Below the pieces are notes generated by a model that saw only the letters and a program-made list of their open reading frames with translations, searched no databases and was not told the origin of the DNA. The translations under genes and the position numbers were made by a program. Shown here piece by piece: positions 40,939 through 47,277 of a stretch of DNA of 47,277 nucleotides; the first letter of the stretch is position 1; each line of letters begins with the position of its first letter. The stretch comes from a virus. The stretch lies in the IMG/VR virus record IMGVR_UViG_3300048837_000371, positions 1-47,277 of that record. One strand, written 5' to 3'.

Positions 40939-41192
40939 GGGCTCGAGCCCCCGAGAAAGAGCTGCTTGACGAACGTGGTCACGAGGGCGCCGATACTGCC
41001 GGCGATGACGGTTATGGCCGCGAGCCCGCCCTTCCATTTGTTCATGTTGTCGGTGAGGGGCTTGAGCGTTTCCTGCAGGTGCTCGCGAGACACCATGTTC
41101 TGGTCGAGTTTCGCGATGACGGTGTTCATTCGCTCGTCCAAGCGAGCTACGGTGACGCGAAGTTCGGTCAGGGTGTCATCTTGCGGTGGCAT
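40935..41192 (-). CDS. XhlA-like small membrane protein (N-terminal coiled coil, C-terminal TM helix)
   Basis: 85 aa from ATG 41192 with a GAGGA RBS; the ORF-track start is 41363. LTELRVTVARLDERMNTVIAKLDQ...WKGGLAAITVIAGSIGALVTTFV. Confidence 0.45.
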   Translation of the reverse strand: MPPQDDTLTELRVTVARLDERMNTVIAKLDQNMVSREHLQETLKPLTDNMNKWKGGLAAITVIAGSIGALVTTFVKQLFLGGSSP

Positions 41193-41272
41193 GATCGGTC
41201 CTCGTGGACATGGGCGTAGGTTCCACGCGGATGTTACCAAAATCGTGGGGCCTGGAAAGCCGCATTTAACCG

Positions 41273-41782
41273 TTACAGGTACTGGCAGACCGGGGTCGCC
41301 ACGATGTACGAGCCCCTGTATATCCGACCCGAGAAAGCGGGCCCTCCACCAGACACGCGCCACTGCAGGCTGAACGTCCCGCCGACCGATACGTCGATCG
41401 TCCCCGTCAGCCGCATGAACCCGCGAGCCGCGGAGTTGCCAAACTGCCCCGCGTAGGTGGTGAAGCCTCGCTCCTCGTGCATCGCATTACGGTACACGCG
41501 CTGCGCCACGTCGCGACCGTCGGAGTTATTGATGTTGTACGGATCCACAAGAATGGCTTTGTCGTTCGCGACGAGCGCGGCTTTCGTGAACGTGCCGTCG
41601 AAGGCCGTAGCGAACGCGATGGTTCGGGCGAAGGCGCTAGGGACGTTGGCGGCGATAGCCAAGTACAGCATGTACGAACCGGGCGGCAGGTACAGCGTCA
41701 GTTCCGCGTCGTCAGCCAGCGGAGCGGAGGGGTTGGACCGCGCTTCGTCGGCCTGCTTCACGACATAGAGAGGTGCGGTCAT
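41273..41782 (-). CDS. Tail-tip paralogue 3
   Basis: 169 aa; ATGA overlap with the upstream gene. It shares the D.(E/H)L....(G/A).Y and G(T/C).(F/A).(L/I/F)..W pattern with 41779..42270 and 42267..42803. Confidence 0.6.
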   Translation of the reverse strand: MTAPLYVVKQADEARSNPSAPLADDAELTLYLPPGSYMLYLAIAANVPSAFARTIAFATAFDGTFTKAALVANDKAILVDPYNINNSDGRDVAQRVYRNAMHEERGFTTYAGQFGNSAARGFMRLTGTIDVSVGGTFSLQWRVSGGGPAFSGRIYRGSYIVATPVCQYL

Positions 41783-42270
41783 GCGAGCCTCTGCGCCAGC
41801 AAAAAGCTATCTTGCTCGAGCGTGGTGGCGGTCGCGCTCGACGTGCGTTGCGCCCAGCCGATGGAGAAAGTGCAGGCTCCCGAGATCTCCATGACCCCTC
41901 GCAAGAGGACGTGCTGCACCTCGCCAGACACGTTCGACCCGTTTCCGCCGGTTATCTGATCCGCGGCCACGAGCGAAGTGTTCTGCCACACTGCGCCGCG
42001 CCCGCCCACGTCCCGCCACGAACTGGACCCCTCCTGCTCGTTGTTATTGATGAGCGCATCGAACAGACTGAGTACCGGCACGGAGGTGCAGAGCGGGGCG
42101 AACGAGAACCCCGGAGTGGCCGGCGCGGTGAAGCGCAGGAACGCCTCTATCAGGTACACGCCGGCGTCCGTCAATGCGATGGTGAGGTGCGGATCCGCGG
42201 CGGATATGGCGACCGCAGTGCGCGACGTCGCCGCCGACTTCGTCACGAATTCGCATTGTCCGACGTTCAT
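41779..42270 (-). CDS. Tail-tip paralogue 2
   Basis: 163 aa; ATGA overlaps on both sides. Confidence 0.6.
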   Translation of the reverse strand: MNVGQCEFVTKSAATSRTAVAISAADPHLTIALTDAGVYLIEAFLRFTAPATPGFSFAPLCTSVPVLSLFDALINNNEQEGSSSWRDVGGRGAVWQNTSLVAADQITGGNGSNVSGEVQHVLLRGVMEISGACTFSIGWAQRTSSATATTLEQDSFLLAQRLA

Positions 42271-42803
42271 GCCGACACCTTCTGGTAATAGATGCGGCTT
42301 CCAGCAACGACTTCTGCTCCGTCACCGACGCCAGAATCCGCCTCGTTTTCGCCCCACCAGAATGCCAGCGTGCCGGGCGTATCACCGATTTTCACCATGC
42401 CCTCCGCGAAGATCGAAGCTGGCCTTTGCGGAGAATTCAGCGCCACACCGAGGTATCCGTTCTGAGCAAGCGTCCTGAACCTGGCATAGCTGACCGCCGC
42501 GCCACCGGAAGACACGGCGAACCCTTGTGACGATATGGACCTGTGCATCAGGGAGTCGGTGTCGCCGCTGTGGGCGAGCTTCCACGTCAGCGTGGCGCCC
42601 GTTGTAGGCGAGTCTATTGGGTAGTTGATCGTGACGTCGAGCCACACACGGTAGACGGCATTCGCCTCTACGTTGAACTTCAGTTCGGCGTCCGCACCGT
42701 ATTGTCCGTTGATGCGGTACTCCGTCTCCTCTTTCTCGACGGCGAACAAGCACGTGCCCGTAGGCGCCCGCGCCAGCCCGTGAATGAAGAACGTCGGCCA
42801 CAT
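42267..42803 (-). CDS. Tail-tip paralogue 1
   Basis: 178 aa; the start lies 3 nt after the LamG gene stop. Confidence 0.6.
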   Translation of the reverse strand: MWPTFFIHGLARAPTGTCLFAVEKEETEYRINGQYGADAELKFNVEANAVYRVWLDVTINYPIDSPTTGATLTWKLAHSGDTDSLMHRSISSQGFAVSSGGAAVSYARFRTLAQNGYLGVALNSPQRPASIFAEGMVKIGDTPGTLAFWWGENEADSGVGDGAEVVAGSRIYYQKVSA

Positions 42804-42805
42804 GG

Positions 42806-43543
42806 TTATGCGTCTGGGAAGGCGGCAGTCGGCGGGGTGAAGTCGGCCGTGTACCGCTCAACTCCCTTGGTGATGCGCACTTCGTCCACGTACGCTTTGA
42901 TGTCGCCGCCGAAGCATCGGCCGATGGTCAGTGGCCAGCCAGTGCTGTCCTGCGGGGTGGCGACGACCGCGGTGTAGGAGGCTGTGCCGATTCCGTTGAC
43001 CCACAGCTTGATCCCGCTCCCACTCTTGTGGGTCATGGCGATGTGGTTCCAAGCATCAGCCGTCACGAGTTCTGTGCTGGCAATGCTTACCTCCGATCCG
43101 CGCCAGTAGAAGAAGCGCACCTTGCGATCGTTCATGGGCCCGAAGGCCCAGTACGCGGCGCTCGCGCCCGTGGAACAGTTTCCGATGAGACCGGGGATAG
43201 TCGTGCTGGCCTGTAGGTCGAGCGTACTGATCGGATAGATCCACGCCTCGATAGTGAAGTCCGTGTCCCACCACCGAAAGTCGGCGGTCGCATATGGCAC
43301 GGTCAGGTAATCACCCGTCCCGTCAAAATACCCGGATGCCGTCCCAAACTTCTTCTCGCCTGTCTTGGTGACCGCATTCGCGCTAGTAACTGTCTTCCCG
43401 GTGACGTCAGTAAACGTGGTGCCGTTGTCGCTGCCGTCCATGTGCAGGAGCAACTTGACGTTGGCGAAATACGGGTCTCCGCCGCCAGCAGGAGCGTGAT
43501 ACCGTGCGCGGCCCGCGCCGCCGAGCTGCAGCGTCGGGATCAT
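42806..43543 (-). CDS. LamG/concanavalin-like lectin-fold tail protein
   Basis: 245 aa; ATGA overlap. LLLHMDGSDNGTTFTDVTGK...GYFDGTGDYLTVP...DFTIEAWIY...WNHIAMT...IKLWVNG...GGDIKAYVDEVRITKG is the classic Laminin_G_3 pattern. Confidence 0.7.
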   Translation of the reverse strand: MIPTLQLGGAGRARYHAPAGGGDPYFANVKLLLHMDGSDNGTTFTDVTGKTVTSANAVTKTGEKKFGTASGYFDGTGDYLTVPYATADFRWWDTDFTIEAWIYPISTLDLQASTTIPGLIGNCSTGASAAYWAFGPMNDRKVRFFYWRGSEVSIASTELVTADAWNHIAMTHKSGSGIKLWVNGIGTASYTAVVATPQDSTGWPLTIGRCFGGDIKAYVDEVRITKGVERYTADFTPPTAAFPDA

Positions 43544-44229
43544 GCGTCGTTCCCGGCGTTGGTGGTGATGTAGAGCGTGATGCCGTGCAGGCGCGCGTCA
43601 ATCGCCATCGTGTCGCTACCGTCAGCCGGTACGCGAGCGACGCGGAAGAACACCACGTCCTCTGCGGCCGGCGTGCCGGCGATGGTGATGGCAGACGACT
43701 CTGGCCCGACGTACAGGTCGTTCGTGGTGCCTCCGGTATCGGTGCTGGTCTGCGCAGTGCCGTAGGCCGCAGCGATAGCGTCGTCGTTCGAGACAGCGAC
43801 GCCTTGCAGACCCCACACCACACCGAAGTTCGTCGTGGTCGCGGCGTGCGACCACACCGGAACGAACGTGACCGTGCCCTCGTCCCAACTCTTCGGCATT
43901 CGCAAGCTGAACTGCGCGAACTCCTGGGTCGTCGGGTCGAAGTCAAGGGTCTGGATGTCGGGCTGGTTCGCAGCAGACGCGATGGTCGCGAGCGCAGCGC
44001 ATCCCCCGGTTGCCGATGGTGACATCGCTGCGGCCGGCACGAACACAGCGTGGCGCCCAGCGGATGTGCCGGCTTGTATCGGCCCGTACTCCGTGCCGGC
44101 GTCATCAATCACGTACAGGCCGCCGGACTTGAAATAGAGCTTCCAATCGCCGGTGGACGGCGTGGAAGGAGCGCTTCCCGTCTCGTCGAATTTGATTGCC
44201 GTGATAGCGGCGTTGTCGATGCGGGGCAT
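43540..44229 (-). CDS. Tail fibre/receptor-binding associated protein
   Basis: 229 aa; GGAGTAGGAA RBS. The N-terminal PSTGDWKLYFKSGGLYVIDDAGTEYGPI motif is common in podovirus fibre proteins. Confidence 0.55.
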   Translation of the reverse strand: MPRIDNAAITAIKFDETGSAPSTPSTGDWKLYFKSGGLYVIDDAGTEYGPIQAGTSAGRHAVFVPAAAMSPSATGGCAALATIASAANQPDIQTLDFDPTTQEFAQFSLRMPKSWDEGTVTFVPVWSHAATTTNFGVVWGLQGVAVSNDDAIAAAYGTAQTSTDTGGTTNDLYVGPESSAITIAGTPAAEDVVFFRVARVPADGSDTMAIDARLHGITLYITTNAGNDA

Positions 44230-44232
44230 TTC

Positions 44233-45105
44233 CTACTCCGTGATCACGCTGACAGATTCGTCGATCAGCAGCGCTTCGTTCTCGTCTAGGATGGGTTCAA
44301 ATCCGCCGGACACTGGCGGGGCGATCCAGACGGTATTGTAGTCGGTAGCGTCCACTTTCGACAGGATTTGGCCTGCTGTGCCCCCCGCGGCTACGCCCGG
44401 TCCCGTCGGACCTGTCGGACCTGTCGGACCTGTTGGGCCTGTCGGACCCGTTGGGCCTGTCGGGCCCGTGGGACCCGTGGGGCCCGTCGGGCCCGTCGGA
44501 CCCGTCGGACCTGTGGGGCCCGTCGGTCCAGCGGGCATCGAGCCCCAGCCGGTGCCGGATCCCGTGAAGTCAGGCAGGTAGCTGCACAGCCACTTCCCTG
44601 TCGACTTCCGGTACTGCATGGAAATCATGTCGGTGGCGCCGGGGCCACTCGACACGGTCGGCACCGATCCGATGATCCACTGATACGCTGTGCCGAAGGT
44701 CAGCTCGTGTCCGCCCACGGCATCCTGCGACACGATGACGTTGATAACCTGGCCGTTGTAGCCGTTCGTCGGGTTGCCGAGGAGCGTCGCGCCCGTCAGC
44801 GTTACTTCGAATACGTTCGACTTCTTGCAGTCGATCGGCGCAACGCCGTCTATGACCTGTACGGTGTGCGCCTGCGTGCCCTTGCCAGCGTAGTGCTGAC
44901 CGGGCCACCGGAAGCGGTCGTAGGCGTAGGCGCCTACGTCTGGGTTCAAGGCTTTCGTCTTGAGCACGCCCGCGTCGGTTTCTTCGCGCGTCGCCCACGG
45001 GATCGCGCCCGGCACTTGCTGGACGACGGTTTCCCCTGTGTCGAGGAACTGCATCCGCTTGATGTTGTCCTCAAGCGGGAGTTTCTTGCGCCGACGAACG
45101 GCCAT
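44233..45105 (-). CDS. Tail fibre protein with collagen-like (GPT)n repeat
   Basis: 290 aa; GGGGGAG RBS. 14 consecutive G-P-T triplets are followed by [20 protein letters not shown], a motif frequent in phage fibres. Confidence 0.7.
   Translation of the reverse strand: MAVRRRKKLPLEDNIKRMQFLDTGETVVQQVPGAIPWATREETDAGVLKTKALNPDVGAYAYDRFRWPGQHYAGKGTQAHTVQVIDGVAPIDCKKSNVFEVTLTGATLLGNPTNGYNGQVINVIVSQDAVGGHELTFGTAYQWIIGSVPTVSSGPGATDMISMQYRKSTGKWLCSYLPDFTGSGTGWGSMPAGPTGPTGPTGPTGPTGPTGPTGPTGPTGPTGPTGPTGPTGPTGPGVAAGGTAGQILSKVDATDYNTVWIAPPVSGGFEPILDENEALLIDESVSVITE
44399..44524 (-). repeat. 9-bp tandem repeat array (14 units) encoding the Gly-Pro-Thr collagen-like tract
   Basis: GGNCCNGTN units on the plus strand (ggacctgtc, ggacccgtt, gggcccgtg ...) with synonymous variation. 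The antisense ORF reads (GPV)14. Confidence 0.9.
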
Positions 45106-45108
45106 AGG

Positions 45109-47277
45109 TCACTCCCCCGGGCGGATGTTCTTGAACCACGGCTCTCCGCCACTCGCGCCACGGCTGATGCGCTTGCCACCGCTCTTCTCGAGCGCGGCGC
45201 GCGCCGCGGCGATGGCATTGTCCCAATCGTCGACCACGATCGCCCCGGACTGCACGGCGCGCTCCGTGGCGTCGATGGCATCCTTGGTCATGTCCGTGTC
45301 GCTGTGCAGCGTCTTGCCGAGATCGCGCGCATCCTTCGCGACCAGCGCGTAAAGTTCCTGCCCCGGCGGCCGCGTGTGGTCCTTGTTGACCTGTTTGAAC
45401 GCCGTGGTGTCGATGGACCGGATCTGCCACACGTCGCCCTTCTCTTCCATGACCAGCCAGCGCGTCGGGTTGCGCGCGGGGCCCGAATAGTAGACGACCG
45501 GGTTCGGCGGCAGCGGCTTGCGCGGAATCATGTCGGCCGGCGGGCGCTTGGTCCGCTTGATGCCGACGTCTCCGGCACGCTGCTCCGGCAGGTTCTCCAG
45601 CTTGAGCCCGTCGTCGCCAAGGTCAGTTGCGGGTTGGGTGCGCGTCACAGGCTCCTCCGCGAGCTGCAGTTCGTCGGCGATCGTCGCCGCGGGCGGACCC
45701 TCCGGCATCGCTGCAGCCGTCGGGGTGACGTCGGTCAGGCCGACGAGTTCGTCGACGAGCGACTGCCCGGCCGGGATCAGCTCGCCTTCGAGCGGGACGT
45801 CGCCAGCCGCGGCGCGGGCGCCCGGCGTGCCGAGCCCCATCTCGTCGAACTGCTGCGGGGTGCCCACCATGCCCGACTCCGTGCCACGCAGCGGCGCCGG
45901 TGCGGGCAGCGCGCGAGGCTCCGGCGGGGTCGGACCTTCGCCTTCGAGCGTCAGCTCGTCGGCCAGCGTGTTGCGCCCACCGGCGCGCGGCATGTTCCGA
46001 CGCTCCGGGTTGAGCGTCCGGCCGCGGCCGCCGAGCTGGAGATCGCCCGGCTGGAAGTCGAGGCCGCCCTGCTGCAGGAGGTCCAGTGCGCCGGCCAGCA
46101 GCGCGGGGTCCAGCATCTCCGAGGTAAAATCGATGACGTCGGCGCCGGGCTCGACCGGGTTGACGATGTCGAGCCCGCCCACGCTCGCGTCGGGTGGCGG
46201 CGGGAGCATGTCCGGGTTCGCCACAGGCTCCGGAACGAGGTCCATGCCTTCGGAGAGGCTCTGGCCGATGCGCATGCCCTCCGGGCGGGTCTGCACCGCG
46301 GGCGGCGCGCCGACGCTCTCAGCGAACGGCAGGGCGCCCCCGGGCGGGATCCCGAGCCCGGCCATGTCCTCGTCCAGCGGGCCCGGGAGCGCAACGCCGG
46401 GCGTCGACGGGCCGCCACGCGGGAACGGCGGGGGAGCATTCTCCACCAGCCCCATGTCGTCCGGCGGGTTGGCCGGCGGGTTGCGCGGGGTGTAGGGGAG
46501 GTCGCCGGCCGTCTGCGGCGCAACGTCCATGGGCCCGGCCAGCGCTTCCGCCAGGCCAAGGTCCTGCGCCGGCAGCGACCCGCCCATCGGCGGCGTCTCG
46601 GCGGTCAGGTCGCCCGGCAGCGCCTCGGCCGGCGGCAGCGTGTCGAATTCGTCAGCGAGGCCCACAGCCCCCATCCGGCCAACTTCAGGGCCGAGCACCG
46701 GGCCCGGCGGCATGACATCGGCGCCACCCGGGAGGTTCGGGTCCGGCGGCGTGAACTCCGCGAACGGCGACCCGCCGACTTCAGGAGGCGGCGTGCGCGG
46801 GTCGAAGTTCGGGTCGGCGCGGCCGAAGCGGTTTTGGAACGGGTCGTCGAGCAACGCCGGGCCTTGTGAACGGCCGACCGCGCGCCTCGCGGCGAGGCTG
46901 ATCGAATTGAGCGCGCCTTGCTGTGTCTGGATCGGCACGTCGAGCCCGGTCGCCGACTTCATCGTGTCGGGGAACGCCCGAGCGATGCTGGCGATCTCGG
47001 CGAGGTAGCCGGACAGCGGGTACTTCTCCGAGAGCCGCGCGAGCGCCTGCGGGTCGACGTTCGTCCCGTCGAACACGTCCTCGACGTTATGGATCTTCGC
47101 GAGCTGCGTGCGCGCATCGCGCAGCCGCGGCACGAGATCCGGGTACAGCATCCCGGCCTGCCGTTCGATGGCCGCTTCGAGCGCGTCAGCGGCGCCGCGA
47201 TACGCGAGCGCGGCTTGCTCCGCCTCGAGCACTCCAATGCCGCTGCCGCCCATCTCGGCCTGCTTGAACAGCTTGGA
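45109..47277 (-). CDS. Large internal virion/ejection protein, C-terminal part (continuation of 1..1225)
   Basis: 714-aa ORF. The frame remains open upstream to the window end (SKLFKQAE-MGGSG). A long acidic Pro/Gly/Leu-rich region is followed by a folded-looking C-terminal ~130 aa. Confidence 0.75.
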   Translation of the reverse strand, partial: SKLFKQAEMGGSGIGVLEAEQAALAYRGAADALEAAIERQAGMLYPDLVPRLRDARTQLAKIHNVEDVFDGTNVDPQALARLSEKYPLSGYLAEIASIARAFPDTMKSATGLDVPIQTQQGALNSISLAARRAVGRSQGPALLDDPFQNRFGRADPNFDPRTPPPEVGGSPFAEFTPPDPNLPGGADVMPPGPVLGPEVGRMGAVGLADEFDTLPPAEALPGDLTAETPPMGGSLPAQDLGLAEALAGPMDVAPQTAGDLPYTPRNPPANPPDDMGLVENAPPPFPRGGPSTPGVALPGPLDEDMAGLGIPPGGALPFAESVGAPPAVQTRPEGMRIGQSLSEGMDLVPEPVANPDMLPPPPDASVGGLDIVNPVEPGADVIDFTSEMLDPALLAGALDLLQQGGLDFQPGDLQLGGRGRTLNPERRNMPRAGGRNTLADELTLEGEGPTPPEPRALPAPAPLRGTESGMVGTPQQFDEMGLGTPGARAAAGDVPLEGELIPAGQSLVDELVGLTDVTPTAAAMPEGPPAATIADELQLAEEPVTRTQPATDLGDDGLKLENLPEQRAGDVGIKRTKRPPADMIPRKPLPPNPVVYYSGPARNPTRWLVMEEKGDVWQIRSIDTTAFKQVNKDHTRPPGQELYALVAKDARDLGKTLHSDTDMTKDAIDATERAVQSGAIVVDDWDNAIAAARAALEKSGGKRISRGASGGEPWFKNIRPGE
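47151..47277. repeat. Second copy of the terminal overlap (identical to 1-127)
   Basis: See the feature at 1-127. Confidence 0.95.

Noticed and set aside
44399-44524. Regular short repeats that might suggest a CRISPR array.
   Set aside because: The units are 9 bp and contiguous with no spacers. They lie in frame inside a 290-aa ORF and encode Gly-Pro-Thr. This is a collagen-like coding repeat, not a CRISPR array.
41273-45105. Diversity-generating retroelement acting on the LamG, fibre or paralogue genes, as in some podoviruses with variable receptor-binding proteins.
   Set aside because: No reverse transcriptase ORF occurs anywhere in the genome, and I found no template/variable repeat pair at the nucleotide level.
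1-47277. T7-like single-subunit RNA polymerase, N4-like virion RNAP, or tRNA genes.
   Set aside because: No ORF of suitable size or motif content is present on either strand, and no cloverleaf-like sequences were noticed in the few intergenic gaps. The phage presumably relies on host RNA polymerase. This fits the sigma70-, sigma54- and LexA-type signals, although the individual sites remain unverified.

Overview
The window is a complete, circularly closed phage genome. The first and last 127 bp are identical, leaving about 47,150 bp of unique sequence. It is a GC-rich tailed dsDNA phage with podovirus-type architecture. Two divergent transcription arms leave an unusually AT-rich control region of about 0.55 kb (19250-19794). 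The minus-strand late arm runs from 19249 down to 1, wraps through the junction, and continues from 47150 down to 36001. It encodes small and large terminase, portal, scaffold, major capsid, adaptor, a nozzle split into two ORFs, and a GNAT-like protein in the T7 gp13 position. It also encodes four internal-virion/ejection proteins; the largest, about 1088 aa, spans the window junction. Further along are a collagen-repeat tail fibre, LamG-type and paralogous tail-tip proteins, a lysis cassette (XhlA-like protein, NlpC/P60-type endolysin, holin, i- and o-spanin) and a small accessory cluster. The plus-strand early/replication arm (19795-35994) carries about 17 small unknown ORFs. It also carries an AEP primase fused to a VirE-type NTPase, a Cas4-like DUF2800 nuclease, a DUF2815 SSB-like protein, a family A DNA polymerase, a VRR-NUC nuclease, an SNF2 helicase and methyltransferase-like genes. 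No phage RNA polymerase, integrase, repressor, tRNA or CRISPR array is recognisable. Five observations stand out. (1) A translationally chained 3.7-kb enzyme cassette (ATP-grasp ligase, SAM methyltransferase, DXD glycosyltransferase, Cst-II/Maf-like transferase) sits between the scaffold and major-capsid genes; it is a candidate virion or envelope glycan-modification system. (2) A LAGLIDADG homing endonuclease gene sits between the i-spanin and o-spanin genes and overlaps both. (3) The control region combines a near-consensus LexA box with a near-consensus sigma54 -24/-12 element, an IHF-like site and upstream palindromes. (4) An 88-aa DNA methyltransferase remnant has collapsed in frame. (5) The nozzle gene is split around carbohydrate-binding-like inserts and a Ser/Thr/Pro microsatellite linker. 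All functional calls come from motif recognition and synteny by eye; none has been verified by a database search.
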